DNA of 64,000 nt from Geosiphon pyriformis uo1 (lineage: Eukaryota > Fungi > Glomeromycota). Position 1 is the stretch's first letter. The number at the start of each line of letters is the position of its first letter. Below are positions 24,561-37,786 of this stretch, piece by piece. Under the pieces are notes generated by a model. That model saw only the letters and a program-made list of their open reading frames with translations, had not been told where the DNA came from and ran no database searches. A program made the translations under genes and the position numbers. Where the stretch lies: NCBI GenBank assembly GCA_016748015.1, contig JAAOMT010000762.1, positions 1 through 64,000 of the forward strand. The letters are read 5' to 3'.

Positions 24561-26951
24561 AAAAAAAAAACTCTTTCTCTCCTAAATTTCATGACCACGA
24601 ATAGAGCTAAGAGTAAAAAAGTTGCAAACGTTACTTTTCCTATAGTAACTAATAAAGTTTCAACACAAGAGGGTCTCTCTGTTATTGAAGCAGCTAAACA
24701 TAATGTTCTGGCAACATTTCCTTTAAAAAATAATAGTAACAAGCTGCCTTTAGCAGCTTCTGGTTTATTTTCTTCTCCTTTGGCTGGAAGTTCTTCTCCA
24801 GTCAAAGTCCCTTCAAAAAGGCACACTCAGGTTAGTCCTAGTGTTGTCTCTACCACTTCAAAGAGCCCAAAGATTTTTAATAACAGACCATTCAACAAGT
24901 TGGTCTTTCCTGCTCTCACCACTCCCACTACTACTTCTACTACTACTGCTTCACAAATGGCTGCAAAAGCAAAAAATCCCAAAAAACAGCAGCAGGCAGT
25001 CACAACTGCCATGGTCACACTGAACCCCTTTGTGGTTCCAGATGAGATCTTCAGTAAGATCTCCACAGCAACAGCCAGCCTTATTCCTGATATGGATGGC
25101 AACAACAGTGGCACATCTCTCAAGATGGGCCAAGATCAACCACTGGCTGTGTTGCCTGATGTGGTACTCTCCAGCAGATCATTGCCAATCCCAGTAGCAA
25201 AACAGTCCATCAATCCAGATGATCTCAAAGATTGGGCTGATCAAATGGAAATGGAATCAACTGTTCCCCCCCAGTTTCTGGTGCATCTGATGCTGGTGCT
25301 TGGGTGAATGTGAATAGATGTCAAAGATTCTCTGGTTGGGTGGCCTCCAATCTTGTACCTGGTTCTTTGTTTCAGTTGCTGCCTGGTTGTATTGGGCTTA
25401 AATCTGTTTCACAAGATGCTGTCAAGTTGTTCTGTGTGGAATTTGCATCTCAGGAGTGTCTAAATGGTGCTACCAAAGTGGCCATTGGTGATGAGGTTTT
25501 TTTGACCACTCTTAAGATTGCACGATCTTCAGGAGTGGCCTCTGTTTCTTCCCCTTCTTTGTCAGTTGCACTGCGCGATGTACCCTTGGGTGTCTCTTCT
25601 GATGACATCAAATCTGCTCTTGGCATTTTTGGTGTTGTCACTTCTGTTAAGTTGAAGCCTGCTGGCTTATGGCAATATGCTGTGGTTAACTTTAAGGACA
25701 TTTCTTCTGCTGCTGCTGCTCTCTCTAACTGGTCTGTGTTGGTCAAAAAAGATAGTGTTAGGATTCTTCCTATTGCCAACCAAAAGGAGGTTATCTCCTC
25801 AAGAGATGCTTTCCATTTGGCTGCACTGCATTTGAGATAAGTGATCTGGTCTTCCAAGTTGGTGGCCGTACATGTTTCATTCCCCACTCCCCTGATTCCT
25901 ATTGACGTCAATGCTTTGCAGTGGTGACCTTTGGCTCTTTGGAATCTTTGGACACTGCTGTTTCAAAAACCAGTACCTTATGTGGATGCCGCATCTAGTG
26001 GAAAACTCCTGGATGTTGTCGCTGCTATAGATGTCAAAGTTTAGATCATTTGTCCGTGGACTACAAGGTGTTGCCACCTCTCCCTCCCAAACTCTCTTCT
26101 AATTCTGCTGGTGGTTCCATCATTTTCAAGTCATCCCTTGTTGGAGCTAAATCCTATGCCAAAGCCACCACTTCTGTGGTTTCTCCTGTTGCTGCTGCTG
26201 CTGCTGCTGATACGGGTCTGGCTTTCAGTACCTTCCCCAAAGTTGTGGTGCCGCTGTTGCTGGTTGCCTCCTCTGGTTCAGATGTTACTGTTAATGCTAG
26301 GTTGGCTTCTCTGGAAACCCAACTTAGTGAACTGTCTTTGTTGATCAAATCTATAGTTGAGCCTGTGGGTTCTTTGGTTGCATTGGTTACTACGTTATTG
26401 TCTACTCCACCAGTTATGGCAGAGGCAATGAAGAAAAGTGTGATTAGATTGGGAAACCAAATTAAGGCTGTTTGTGCTGTGGCTTCTGTGCTGCAAAAGG
26501 AAGTGAAGGCCCTCAAGTTGAGGAGTGGGAAGGTACACTATAACATATCTGATGATGAAAACATGGATGATGATGATGATAATAATGATAATGATGGTAA
26601 TGCTAAAGATTTTTTGGTCTATGATGATACATTTGATGCAATGATAGAGTTATGGGAGGTTCAATCCTCTAATATCAAGTCCAATCTAGATCAGATGGCT
26701 AAGTGGATAAGCAGTCTTGTTAAGAGTAGTCATGAACTGGTATTCATTATGGGTAAGATGTATGAATTAGATATGTTTAATACATTAGGTAGCAAAGGTA
26801 GTACTAGCATGTAGTTAGGGCTTTCCACTTGTGGTTAGCCGCATCTTGTAATATGTATTATTGGGTGAGCTGGCTTTATAAAACTGCCACATTACTGTGG
26901 ACTAACTAATAAACAACCAGCGTGGCTGCACATTAACAAAAAAAAAAAAAA
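24561..26951 (+). mobile_element. B2: ORF1-only poly(A) retroposon (ORF 24591-26814, disrupted)
   Basis: Same 5' motif, ORF and 3' UTR/poly(A) as B1; no TSD. Confidence 0.9.
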
Positions 26952-27331
26952 GAACATCTTTTGGATAAAAGATTACTTGTTGGCACTTTCCTGAAACGTG
27001 TAATTGCAGTATTTGAAGATTATTTGAATAAACGTGACTGAAGAGCACAAGTTGATATCTGATATTGAATTCTAAGAGCACTGATGTGAGGCATAGAATT
27101 ATACCAGCAGTTATCAATTGTTGACAGTATAAACTATCCCTCTACCTTCAGATTCCCTTGTTACCTTTTGAAAAAAATAGCAACTGAGATATTTTATGAG
27201 ACTGATCTTGCACATTGAATCCATACTCATTCAATTTGCTCATTGAAGTTGAATTCTCTTTGATTATTTTCATCATCCTACAATCCTGTTCTCTCTTGCT
27301 ATCTGTTAGCTTGTTACTCCAACCCGTAACA
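26952..27331 (+). repeat. 3' half of a Gypsy LTR
   Basis: Matches 19010-19389; ends ccaacccgtaaca. Confidence 0.92.
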
Positions 27332-29779
27332 ATAATATAAGCGAGTTCAGCAGTTTCTTCTGGTTTTTTTTTGATCTTCTTCATCATCACTCTCATCATT
27401 ATCTGATTCATTTAATTGTGTACTGGAAGAGTTGTCCAATGTCAGCATTTAACCACAATGGGTTTCTCACCACATCAGATGGTTAGCTCACAAAGTTCAT
27501 AGTCAAGTAGTGCTTTGGCTTTCTTAAGTCATTCATTATCAACAATAATGGTGTACTCTTTTGCTTCGGATACTTCCATATCTGTTTCAATGCTGATACC
27601 ATTGATGTGGACAGAAATAGCTTTGGCTATGCCCAGGCCTTTCTTCTTGTCACCATATACATTGGTCATTGGTCTTGTGGAAGGTTCATCAATCTTTCTG
27701 CCAGTTGCTTCAAAAAAATGTTTGGCAATTACACTAACAGATGATCCACTGTTTAGGATCAGATCAATGAAGTAACCAGCCCTTTGGGCTTTACAAATCA
27801 GAGGGGTGACATTGCTGTTATCAGCAAGTCTAGCTTGGTGAGGGCATTTGTTGGTCTTTGGTGTCTTTTTCTTTGGTATCAATGATTTGCAAAGATCTTT
27901 TCTGAATTGTGGATGGGTTATCAGTTGGCCAAATGTAATGTGTGCTGGGATTTCCATGAGATCTTTAACAACAAAATAGGGTTCAGATTTTTGTACAATT
28001 TCTGGGGGTTCCAACTTTGGAGAATTTTTAAAAACCTTAGCTTTTGGTGGCTCATTGTTATCAGCAGATGATTTGGATGCTTTGTTTGGGTCCAAGACGA
28101 AATCAACCTTGGCTTTCTTCTTCTTTCTGGTTGATTCAGAGGTGTTGATTGCTAGTTCATCCATATCATAATCATCATTAGTTAGGTTAAAAGCATAAAA
28201 GAGGTTTTCTTCTAATTGGCTTGCACTCTCACCCTTTGGAGGTGCACCTACCAGTTTAAAAACTGATAAACAGTGGCTTCAATTAGGGGATCCTCTCCAA
28301 AGAAATTGATGTTGGCATGATTGGTTCTTTGGTTGGGAACATTATTGTTAATGGTTCTGTTGTTTTGATTGTCATTGTTTCTAAGAGCTGGAGGGGGCAA
28401 TGGAGAATTGTTGCAGTCTCTTGAGAAGTGTCCAGTTAGTCTACAATAATAGCACACAGATGGGCCACAATTCTGCTGTTTTTGATATGGTGGTTGTTGG
28501 GGCTGATTGAAACAGAGTTCAAATCTGGGTCTTTGGAGTTGTTGATTCTCTCTAACTGCTTGGGCCAATGGTTCTAATAGCCAGGCAAGATTAGCTGTAA
28601 GTCTATCTATTAACTGTTCATTTGGGTCTTGTGTTTGGGCAGCAAAAAAGATAGCAGCCATTTGGGGAGCAGGAGCCATAACAGGAGCAGAAGCAAAAAC
28701 TGGAAGTGTGGATCCTAGGTGCATCCTTTGATTGTCTTCTATTCTTTGAGCAAGTTCAATGGCCATGTCCATTGTGAAATTATCTTTCAAGGCCAGAAGG
28801 GGCCAAAGAGCATATGATAGATCAGTTCTCAGTCTTTTTGTAAAGAAATGTATTTTCTGCTCTTCTGTCAAAGTCTACCTGTTTAATGAGTTTTCTTATT
28901 GCTTTGGCATATTCTGTCACAACCTCACCAGGGCCTTGAGTTCTTCTTTCTAATTCTATATGCCATTTTGAAATTAAGATGGGAGTTCTAAATTTAGTTT
29001 CAAATTGGGTAGTAAAAGAGTTGTTGTCTTCTCCAGTATTTGCTGGTGCCCATCTAATAATTTTTTGCTGAGCATTGGCATTGGTTTTTTGTGAGAACCA
29101 AGTAGCAAGAGAGTCTTGGAGGTAGCCACCAACAATTTGGAACTTGTATTCATTATCATATTGGTTTGCTGTGGCAGCTCTTTCAAAATCATCCAATCAT
29201 TCAATTGGATCTTGGGCATTACCTCTAAATAATGGTAATGGGGTGTTGTTTCTTCACCCTAAAGCAGTCTGTATACCTTGGAGGGCAATCAGAATGTTTT
29301 GTTACAGAGGGTCTTGAGCCATTGGTTCAGGTGTAACTGTTTGTGTGGAGTGTTCTGATTCACTTGAAAAGAGATCAAAAACAGGAGTGATTTGATAGCT
29401 TTCTTCTTCTGTTTCAAGAGGAGTTTCTGTTGATTGATGGGCAGCAATCCAAATGTGGATTTGATGATTCAGATATTCGAGATCAGGAGGCTGTTGTTCA
29501 AAGGTTGTAGAATATAAGAGCTGATTGATACTGTTGTTTCTTTCTTCAAAGTTGTCTTCAATCAAAGTAATAGGTTGTATAAGTTGTGTAGGTTTCAGCT
29601 GAATGCTCGTTTAGGAACCAGTTCAAAAAGTCTTAGAATTGTCTGCTGAATTGTTTTTCAATGGGGAAGCAAATCAAGCAGGAGAGCAAAGGATTGAGTT
29701 CAATAAAGTCAAGATCATTTTTGTTGTGTGCTTTAAAGTGTTCTTCTGATTGTTGTGGCAGGTATGAATAATCACCCAT
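27332..29779 (-). pseudogene. gag: G1 gag (28248-29779) and aspartic protease region
   Basis: MGDYSYLP start; WLDDFERAATANQY; CYYCRLTGHFSRDC knuckle; LILNSGS protease. Confidence 0.9.
28210..28260 (-). promoter_or_regulatory. Putative -1 ribosomal frameshift signal (U UUA AAC plus stem-loop/pseudoknot)
   Basis: TTTAAAC in correct phase just before the gag stop; the -1 frame runs into pol; heptamer also at 23081, 35192, 36193 and 58131. Confidence 0.75.
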
Positions 29780-29806
29780 ACAATAGGAAACAAGGTGAAT
29801 TTTAAC

Positions 29807-29825
29807 AACCTCACAGGAAGCACCA
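29807..29825 (-). promoter_or_regulatory. Primer binding site of G1
   Basis: TGGTGCTTCCTGTGAGGTT, 6 nt inside the 5' LTR; complement ends in CCA. Confidence 0.9.
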
Positions 29826-29831
29826 CTTTTA

Positions 29832-30471
29832 TGTTATGGGTTGGAGTAACAAGCTAACAGATAGCAAGGGAGAACAGAATTGTAGGGTGATGAAAGGAAT
29901 CAAAGGGAATTCAACTTCAAAGAGTAAATTGAATAAGTATGGATTTAATGTGTGAGATCAGTCTCATAAAATATCTCAGTCACTATACTTTTCAAGGATA
30001 ATTGGGGAATCTGAAGGTAGAGGGATAGTCCGTACTGTCAACAAATGATCACGCCTGGTACAATTCTATGTCTCACGTCGGCACTCTTAGAATTCAATAT
30101 CAGGTATCAACTTGTGCTTTTTGGTCATGTTTATTCAAATAATCTTCAAATGCTACAATTATATACATCAAGAAAAGCCCAACAAGTAATCTTTTATCTT
30201 TAAGATGTTCAGATACTTGAAAGTAGGGAAAGAGAAATTAGTGATAAGAGAAGGATTGAGATGAAAGTTGTTATTTTATTTATTCTTGATTATTCAGATG
30301 CTTGCTATTACATGCTTTTTTACAGCTAAGAGATTTATTGCTTATATAGCTATCAAAAGTGGTCAATGATCAGGTCAATGATCAATATTTAAAAATAGGG
30401 TGGCTAATTATATGACATCAGTGGCTAATACATGTAATAAATAATAAAAACTATGAGTTTCAACCATAACA
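29832..30471 (-). repeat. LTR shared by G1 (as 5' LTR) and G2 (as 3' LTR)
   Basis: PBS on one side, PPT ggaaaggatga on the other. Confidence 0.95.
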
Positions 30472-31129
30472 TCATCCTTTCCAAAGAGATTGAGCTCCAG
30501 CAAAATCAAACTATTTAGGAGATACTCTATTTGAAGGGTTTTATCTAACTCAAAACTAACTAGTTTGTTGAAGTTTTTTGTGGATAAGGTATATAAAACT
30601 TGAGGCAAAATGAGCTTTGTGTCCAAGAGACCAAATCTTTGTATAAGAGTTTTGGCTCTTCTTACAATGGTCAAAACTCTTGGGACATCTAATCATACAA
30701 TGTCCAAAATTTCCACTTGTATCTCAGAAGTTGTTTTCTTTATGAGCTTCATGTCTTCTATGATTTCACCAAGGTGACCATAGAGTTCTAGTAGTCTTCC
30801 ATATGACAAGTTTTTGTCTATGGACAAGATTTCTTTAATTGTTTTTTCAATTGTGATGGAAGGTGCAAGTATTGCTTCTGTTATACTTTCCAGCAAATAC
30901 TTATCCATTTTGCTACCAATTTTTTCTCTTCTGGTAGTTGTTTTCTTTGGTCTGATAACAGTATGTGTTCCACTGTTGTCAGTTATTGTAGTTTGTTTTC
31001 CAATGGTCAGAGTAGTATTTGGATAGTTTTTAATTAATAATCATTAAGAGTATAGAATGTTTTGATCCAGAAAATAATTGTTTATGTCGATTGAAGATAT
31101 CTTCGTTTTGGGAGTGGTGCATTTATTTA

Positions 31130-34100
31130 TATCTAATTTTTGCTGATCATTTGGGTCAGTATTACCATAACAGGTAACCAATCAGATCATTTGTAATATT
31201 TCTTGAATCACGTGCCATGAACAGGTCGATCATTAAAGATTGTTCCAGATTGATCTTGAAAAATATAAGAACCATTGTTCAAAACTTTGTTGACTATAAA
31301 GAGTTCTTTCCACCAGCTAGAGAATTTATCACCATAGACATTATCTCTGTCTGAGCAGTATTCCAAAACCAAGTCACTAATGCTTAAGGAAAGTGTTTTA
31401 TAGATTTTCTTTTTCTTAAGCTTCTCTTAGAACTGTTTTATCTTTTCAAAGGCAATTATTTGTGCCTCTACCAATGAGTCAAGAATGGTATCAAGTCTTC
31501 TTTGCAAAATGTCTTTGTAAATCTTTATTGTAATTTCTTCAAAAGGTATTGTTTTAATATCAGTTTCTATTGGTAGTGTTGCCTTTCATCCATAGAGCAG
31601 GTAAAAGGGTTCATAACTTGTTATGTCATGATTCACAGTTCTATAAACAAACAAAGCTGAAAGCAGTACTTTGTTCCATAAGTTTGTTTCTTCACTTGTT
31701 TTGGCTAAGGTTTCACACAGTGTTCTATTGAAATGTTCCACTAAGCCATTTGTTTGGAGGTAATAAGGGGAGGAAAGTTTGTGACATATTCCCATTTTTC
31801 TACAAAGTTCTTCAACCAGTGTACTGAGAAAAGCTCTTCCTCTATCAGATAAAAGTTCTTTGGGGCAGCCATGGTGACAAATGATATCTTCATAAATGAA
31901 ATTAGCAATGGAAACTGCTGTTTGATTTGGGGTGGCTCTTGCTTCTACCCACTTTGTAAGATAGTCAGTGGCTGTGATAATGTATCTGTTGCCATCAGGA
32001 GTTACTGTTAATGGTCCAACAACATCTATACCAATTCTGTCAAAGGGTTGGCCAACAGAGATTGGATGGATGTCTTCTTTGCAATTGGGTTTTCCTCTTC
32101 TTTGGCAGGTATCACAGGTTTTGATGTATTCAGCAATGTCTTTTCCCAAGGTAGGCCAATAATAGCAAGCTAGAGTTTTCTGAATTGTTTTTGTTTTTTC
32201 AAAGTGTCCAGCTAATGGATCAGTGTGCATATTGTAGATCACAATTTCTCTTTCTTCAAATCTTATGACTTTCTGAGGGTGGTCAGGATCTTTTCTATTT
32301 CTTTTGTATAATTGGTTCTGGCAGATCAAATTAAAATTTGATTGTTTGCACAAATGTTCTCTTTGCTGTCAAGTGTATTCCAGTGGGTATTGTCCTTTAC
32401 CCAAAAATTCCATTAAAGCAAAGTAGTTGTCCAAGTCCATTATCGTGTTTGGTTGTAAGTGAATTACTAATAATTAGGTTAGTTTGGTTTGGGAGGTTGT
32501 ACTGTTACTTGGTGGTAAGTCTAGAGAGAGTGTTGGCATTTTGATGATTAGCTTCTTTATGGTGTTGAATATCATAGTCAAATTCATCCAAGTAGAGTAT
32601 CCAGCAGGTTATCCATTTATGTTCTAGCCTTTTCTTGTTGCACAGCCAAACCAAAGCTTGGTGATCTGTTATCACCAAAAACTTCACACCAAGGAGATAC
32701 TTATCCCAGTAGCTGGTAGCCCAAACTACTGCTAAGCATTCCTGCTCAGTAACTGAATAGTTCTTTTCTGCTGGTGTAAGGGTTCTACTGGCATAGGCTA
32801 TTGCATGTTTCCTGCCATCTTCATCTTTTTGTGAGAAAACAGCACCAAGTCCATAGCCAGATGCATCAGTGTGAAGGATAAAAGGTTGATCCAGATCAGG
32901 TTGCTTGAAAATAGGTTCTGTAACCAATTTTTCTTTGAGGGTTTCAAATGCTTTCTGCTGATGTGTGCCCCAATGGTAGTTGACATTTTTTCTGAGTAGC
33001 TGATTGAGTGGAAAGGCAATTTTGGAGAAATCCTTAACAAATTTGCAATAATAGGAGGCCAAACCAAGGAAAAAATGTAACTCATGAACATTCATTGGTT
33101 GTTTTATGTTCTGAACTTTTTCCACTTTGGCTGGATCAGGGAAGATTCCATCTTTTGTAATAAGATGGCCAAGGAATTGGGTGGATTGTCTTCCAAAGAA
33201 AGATTTGATTGGGTTGATCTTGAGACCTGCATTTCTGAGAAGATCAAAAACCTTTTGCAAATGTTCAAGGTGTTCATTCCAGATTTTTGAGTACACCATT
33301 ATATTGTCCAGATAGACCAGAACAAAGTTTTTTTTCACTGATTCAAATACTTTATCCATTAAGCATTGAAAGGTGGGAGGGACATTGGTGAGATCAAAAA
33401 GCATGACTGTGAATTCATAGGTGCCATACTTGGTGATGAAGGCAGTTTTCTTCCAGCTTTCTGGATCCATCTCTACTTGCCAGAATCCAGCAGTTAGATC
33501 AATGGTTGAAAAGAAAGCAGCATCTTTGAATTGGTCCAACATTGCATCAATTTTGGGAAGTGAGTATATGTCTTTTTCAGTGATGGCATTTAATTGGCAA
33601 TAATTGACACAGAAGCATAGGGTTTTACCTTTCTTAGATACCACTACAACTGGGAAAGCCCATTTACTCTTGGTTTTTTGTATGAATCCAAGATCTTTCA
33701 TTCATTTTATTTTTTTCTTGATGAACTCATCATTGCGGCAATTGGATTGATATAGCTTTAGATGGATGGGACGAGTTTCTCTGGTGGTGATGATGTGTTG
33801 TATCATATGAGTTTGTCCAGGGGTATAACCTTCTTTTGAGATAACTGGGCTGTTTCTAGCCAGCAGATTTTCAATGTCTATTCTTCTTTCTTCTGAAGAG
33901 GGTTCTCTTTGTTCTACAACTAGTGATTGGATCTTAGGTGGTTTATTTTCAAAGAACTTTTGGACTTCTTTCAATTCTTCTCTAAGTATCAAATTGATTG
34001 GTTCCCAATCTTTGTAATAGATTAGGCATGATTTGCATTCATCACTTGGAGAATACAAGGGTTGGTTGCACCAGCACTGGGCACAAAGACCATGTCACCA

Positions 34101-36192
34101 ATAACAATACTTGGCTTTCTTGCCAGGTTTTTGGTCAAAAGTTCTTCTAAAGATATCATAGTAGGACCAGCAAATTAGCTTGTTGTTTACAATGATTCCC
34201 TTTTTATCAGCTTTAACATTGTTTAGTGGCTTGCCATTGCTGGTAAAGGTGGTGTAGGCAAGTTCAGCAGTTTCTTTTTGTTCTTTTTGTTCATCTTTTT
34301 CATCACTCTCTTCATTATCTGATTCCTCTGATTGCTCATCTTCTTGATTTTGTTTGCTTGCTAAAGGAGTTGTCTAATGGCGACATTTAACCACAATGGG
34401 TTTTTCACCACATCTTATGGTTAGCTCACAAAGTTCATAGTCGAGTAAGGCTTTTGTTTTCTTGAGCCACTCATTGTCAACAATGATGGTGTATTTTTTA
34501 GCTTCAGAAACTTCCATGTCAGTTTCAATACTGATGTCATTGATGCAGACACGAATAGCTTTGGCAATGCCCAGACCTTTCTTCTTGTCACCATGTACGT
34601 TGGTCATTGGTCAGGTGGAAGGCTCATCAATTTTTCTGCCAATTGCTTCAAGAAAGTGTTTGACAATTACACTAACAGATAATCCACTGTTTAGGATCAA
34701 GTCAATGAAGTAACCAGCCACTTGTGCTTTGCAAATTAGAGGAGTGACATTGTTGTTGTCAACAAGTTCAGCTTGGCGAGGGTGTTTATTGGTCTTTGGT
34801 GTTTTCTTCTTGGGGATTAGAGATTTGTGGAGATCTTTTCTGAACTGTGAATGGATCATTAACTGGCCAAAGGTAATATGTGCTGGGGTTTCCATGAGAT
34901 CTTTGACAACAGAATAGGGTTCAGATTTTTGTACAATTTCTGGGGGTTCCAACTTTGGAGGGTTCTTAAAAACTTTGGCTTTTGGTGGCTCATTGTTATC
35001 AGCAGTGGAAGTTGAGGCTTTGTTGAGATCTAGAATGAAATCAACCTTGGCTTTCTTCTTTTTTCTTGTTGATTCAGAAGTGTTGATTGCTAATTCATCC
35101 ATGTCATAGTTATCATCAGTTAAGTTAAAAGCGAAAAAAGGGTTTTCTTCTGATTGGCTTGCACTCTTACCGTTTTGAGGTGCACCTACCAGTTTAAAGG
35201 CTGATAGACTGTGGCTTCAACTAGAGAATCCTTTCCATTGCTGGTAAAGGTAGTATAGGCGAGTTCAGCAGTTTCTTCTTGTTTTTTTTGTTTTTCTTCA
35301 TCATCATTCTCTTCATCCTTTGATTTATCTGATTGTTCTTCTTCTTGGTTCTGCTTGGTTGCTGGAGGGGTTGTCCAATGGCAACACTTAACCACAATGG
35401 GCTTCTCACCACATCTTATGGTTAGTTCACACAGTTCATAGTCAAGCAGTGTCTTTGCTTTCTTGAGCCATTCATTACCAACAATGATGGTGTATTCCTT
35501 GGCTTCAGAAACTTCCATGTCAGTTTCAATGCTAATGCCATTGATTCGGACAGGAACAGCTTTGGCTATGCCCAGACCTTTCTTCTTATCACCATGTATA
35601 TTGGTCATTGGTCGTGTGGAGGGTTTGTCAATTTTTCTGTCAATTGCTTCTAAAATATGTTTGGCAATGACACTAACAGATGACCCACTGTCTAAGATCA
35701 AGTCAATGAAATAACCAGCCACTTGGGCTTTACAAATCAATGGAGTGACAGTGCTGTTATCAGCAAGTCCAGCTTGGCAAGGGTGTTTGTTGGTTTTTGG
35801 TGTTTTCTTTTTGGAGATCAAGGATTTGTGGAGATCTTTTCTAAACTGTGGATGGGTCATTAATTGGCCAAAGGTAATGTGTGCTGGGGTTTCCATAAGA
35901 TCTTTAACCATAGAATAGGGTCCAGATTTTTGTACAATTTCTGGGGGTTCCAACTTTGGAGGATTCTTAAATACTTTAGCCTTTGGTGGCTCATTGTTAT
36001 TAGCAGTGGAAGTTAAGGCTTTGTTGGGATCTAGAACGAAATCAACCTTGGCTTTCTTTTTCTTTCTGGTTGATTCAGAGGTGTTGATTGCTAATTCATC
36101 TATGTCATGATCATCATCAGTTAGGTTAAAAGCAAAAAAGGAGTTTTCTTCTGGTTGGCTTGCACTCTCACCCTTTAGAGGTGTGCCTACCA
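31130..36192 (-). pseudogene. pol: G2 pol (PR, PR, RT, RH, INT), disrupted
   Basis: Canonical Gypsy domain order; YLDN; multiple stops. Confidence 0.9.
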
Positions 36193-37740
36193 GTTTAAAT
36201 GCTGATAAACAGTAGCTTCAATTAGGGGATCCTCTCCAAAGAAATTGATGTTGGCATAATTGGATCTTTGATTGGGAGCATTATTGTTGTTGGGTCTATT
36301 GTTCTGATTATTATTATTTCTGGGAGCTGGAGGGGGCAAGGGAGGATTGTTGCAATCTCTTGAGAAATGGCCGGTTAATCCACATCTATAGCACACAGAT
36401 AGGCCACAATTTTGCTGTCTTTGGTAAGGGGTTTGCTGAGATTGATTAAAACGTGGTTCATATCTGGGTTTTTGTAGTTGTTGGTTATCTTTAACTGCTT
36501 GTGCCAAAGGTTCTAATAATTGGGCAAAATTGGCTGTGAGTCTATCAATTAATTGTTCATTTGGATCTTGAGTTTGGGCAGCAAAAGAGACAGCAGCCAT
36601 TTGAGGAGCAGGAGCCATAACAGGAGCAGGAGCAAAAATTGGAAGTATAAATCCCAAATGTATTCTTTGGTTGTCTTCAATTCATTGGGCAAGTTCAATG
36701 GCCATGTCCATTGTAGAATTGTCTTTCAGGACCAAGAGAGGCCAAAGAGCATAAGATAAGTCGGTTCTTAATCCTTTTATGAAGGAATGAATTTTTTGCT
36801 CTTCTGTCCAATTTCTTCCAGAGTCTACATGCTTAATTAACTTTCTGATTGCTTTAGCATATTCAGTTACAACTTCACCAAGGTCTTGAGTTCTTCTTTC
36901 TAATTCCATACGCCATTTTGAGATTAAGATGGGAGTTCTAAATTTAGTTTCAAATCGGATAGTGAAAGAGGTGTTGTCTTCTCCAGCATTTGTTGGTGCC
37001 CATCTTATAATTCTTTGCTGAGCATTGGCATTGGTTTCTTGTGAGAACCAAGTAGCAGGAGAGCCTTGGAGATAGCCACCAACAATTTGGAACTTGTATT
37101 CATTATCATATTGGTTTGCTGTGGCAGCTCTTTCAAAATCATCCAACCATTCAATTGGATCTTGGGCATTACCTCTGAATAATAGTAATGGGGTGTTGTT
37201 TCTTTGCCCTAAAGCAGTCTGTATACCTTGGAGGGTGATCAGAATGTTTTGTTGCAGAGGGTCTTGAGCCATTGGTTCAGGTGTAACTGTTTGTGTGGAG
37301 TGTTCTGATTCACTTGAAAAGAGATTAAAAACAGGAGCAATTTGATAGCTTTCTTTTTTTGTTTCAAGAGAAGTTTCTGTTGATTGATGGACAGCAATCC
37401 AAATGTGGATTTGATGATTCAGATATTCGAGATCAGGAGGCTGTTGTTCAAAGATTGTAGAATATAAGAGCTGATTGATATTGTTGTTTCTTTCTTCAAA
37501 GTTGTCTTCAAAATAAACTTGATTAAAGTAATAGGTTGTATAGGCTATATAGGTTTCAGCTGAATGCTCGTTTAGGAACCAGTTCCAAAAGTCTTGGAAT
37601 TGTTTACTGGATTGTTTTTCAACAGGAAAGCAGATCAAGCAAGAGGGCAGGAGATTGAGTTCAATAAAGTTTGAGTCATTTCTATTGTGTGCTGCAAAGT
37701 GTTCTTCTGATTGCTGTGGCAGGTATGAATAATCACCCAT
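36187..37740 (-). pseudogene. gag: G2 gag
   Basis: 352-aa and 156-aa pieces; CYRCGLTGHFSRDC. Confidence 0.9.
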
Positions 37741-37767
37741 ACAATAAGAAAATAAGTGAATTTTGAC

Positions 37768-37786
37768 AACCTCACAGGGAGCACCA
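37768..37786 (-). promoter_or_regulatory. Primer binding site of G2 (best preserved: TGGTGCTCCCTGTGAGGTT)
   Basis: Complement AACCTCACAGGGAGCACCA reads as tRNA T-loop end, T-stem, acceptor strand and ACCA. Confidence 0.9.

Larger units (their letters stand above)
4481..30471 (-). mobile_element. G1: Ty3/Gypsy LTR retrotransposon, decayed, carrying nested insertions B1, LINE C1 and the 18727-27331 block
   Basis: 3' LTR 4481-5159, PPT, ORF3, INT/RH to 7585, RT 9895-11276, protease 27332-28253, gag 28248-29779, PBS 29807-29825, 5' LTR 29832-30471; segments rejoin across insertion TSDs. Confidence 0.85.

Noticed and set aside
29940-30040. Functional intron-containing tRNA-Met gene in the LTR
   Set aside because: Only the anticodon arm and variable loop match; no D arm, T-loop GTTCRA or acceptor stem. 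Reported as a motif instead.
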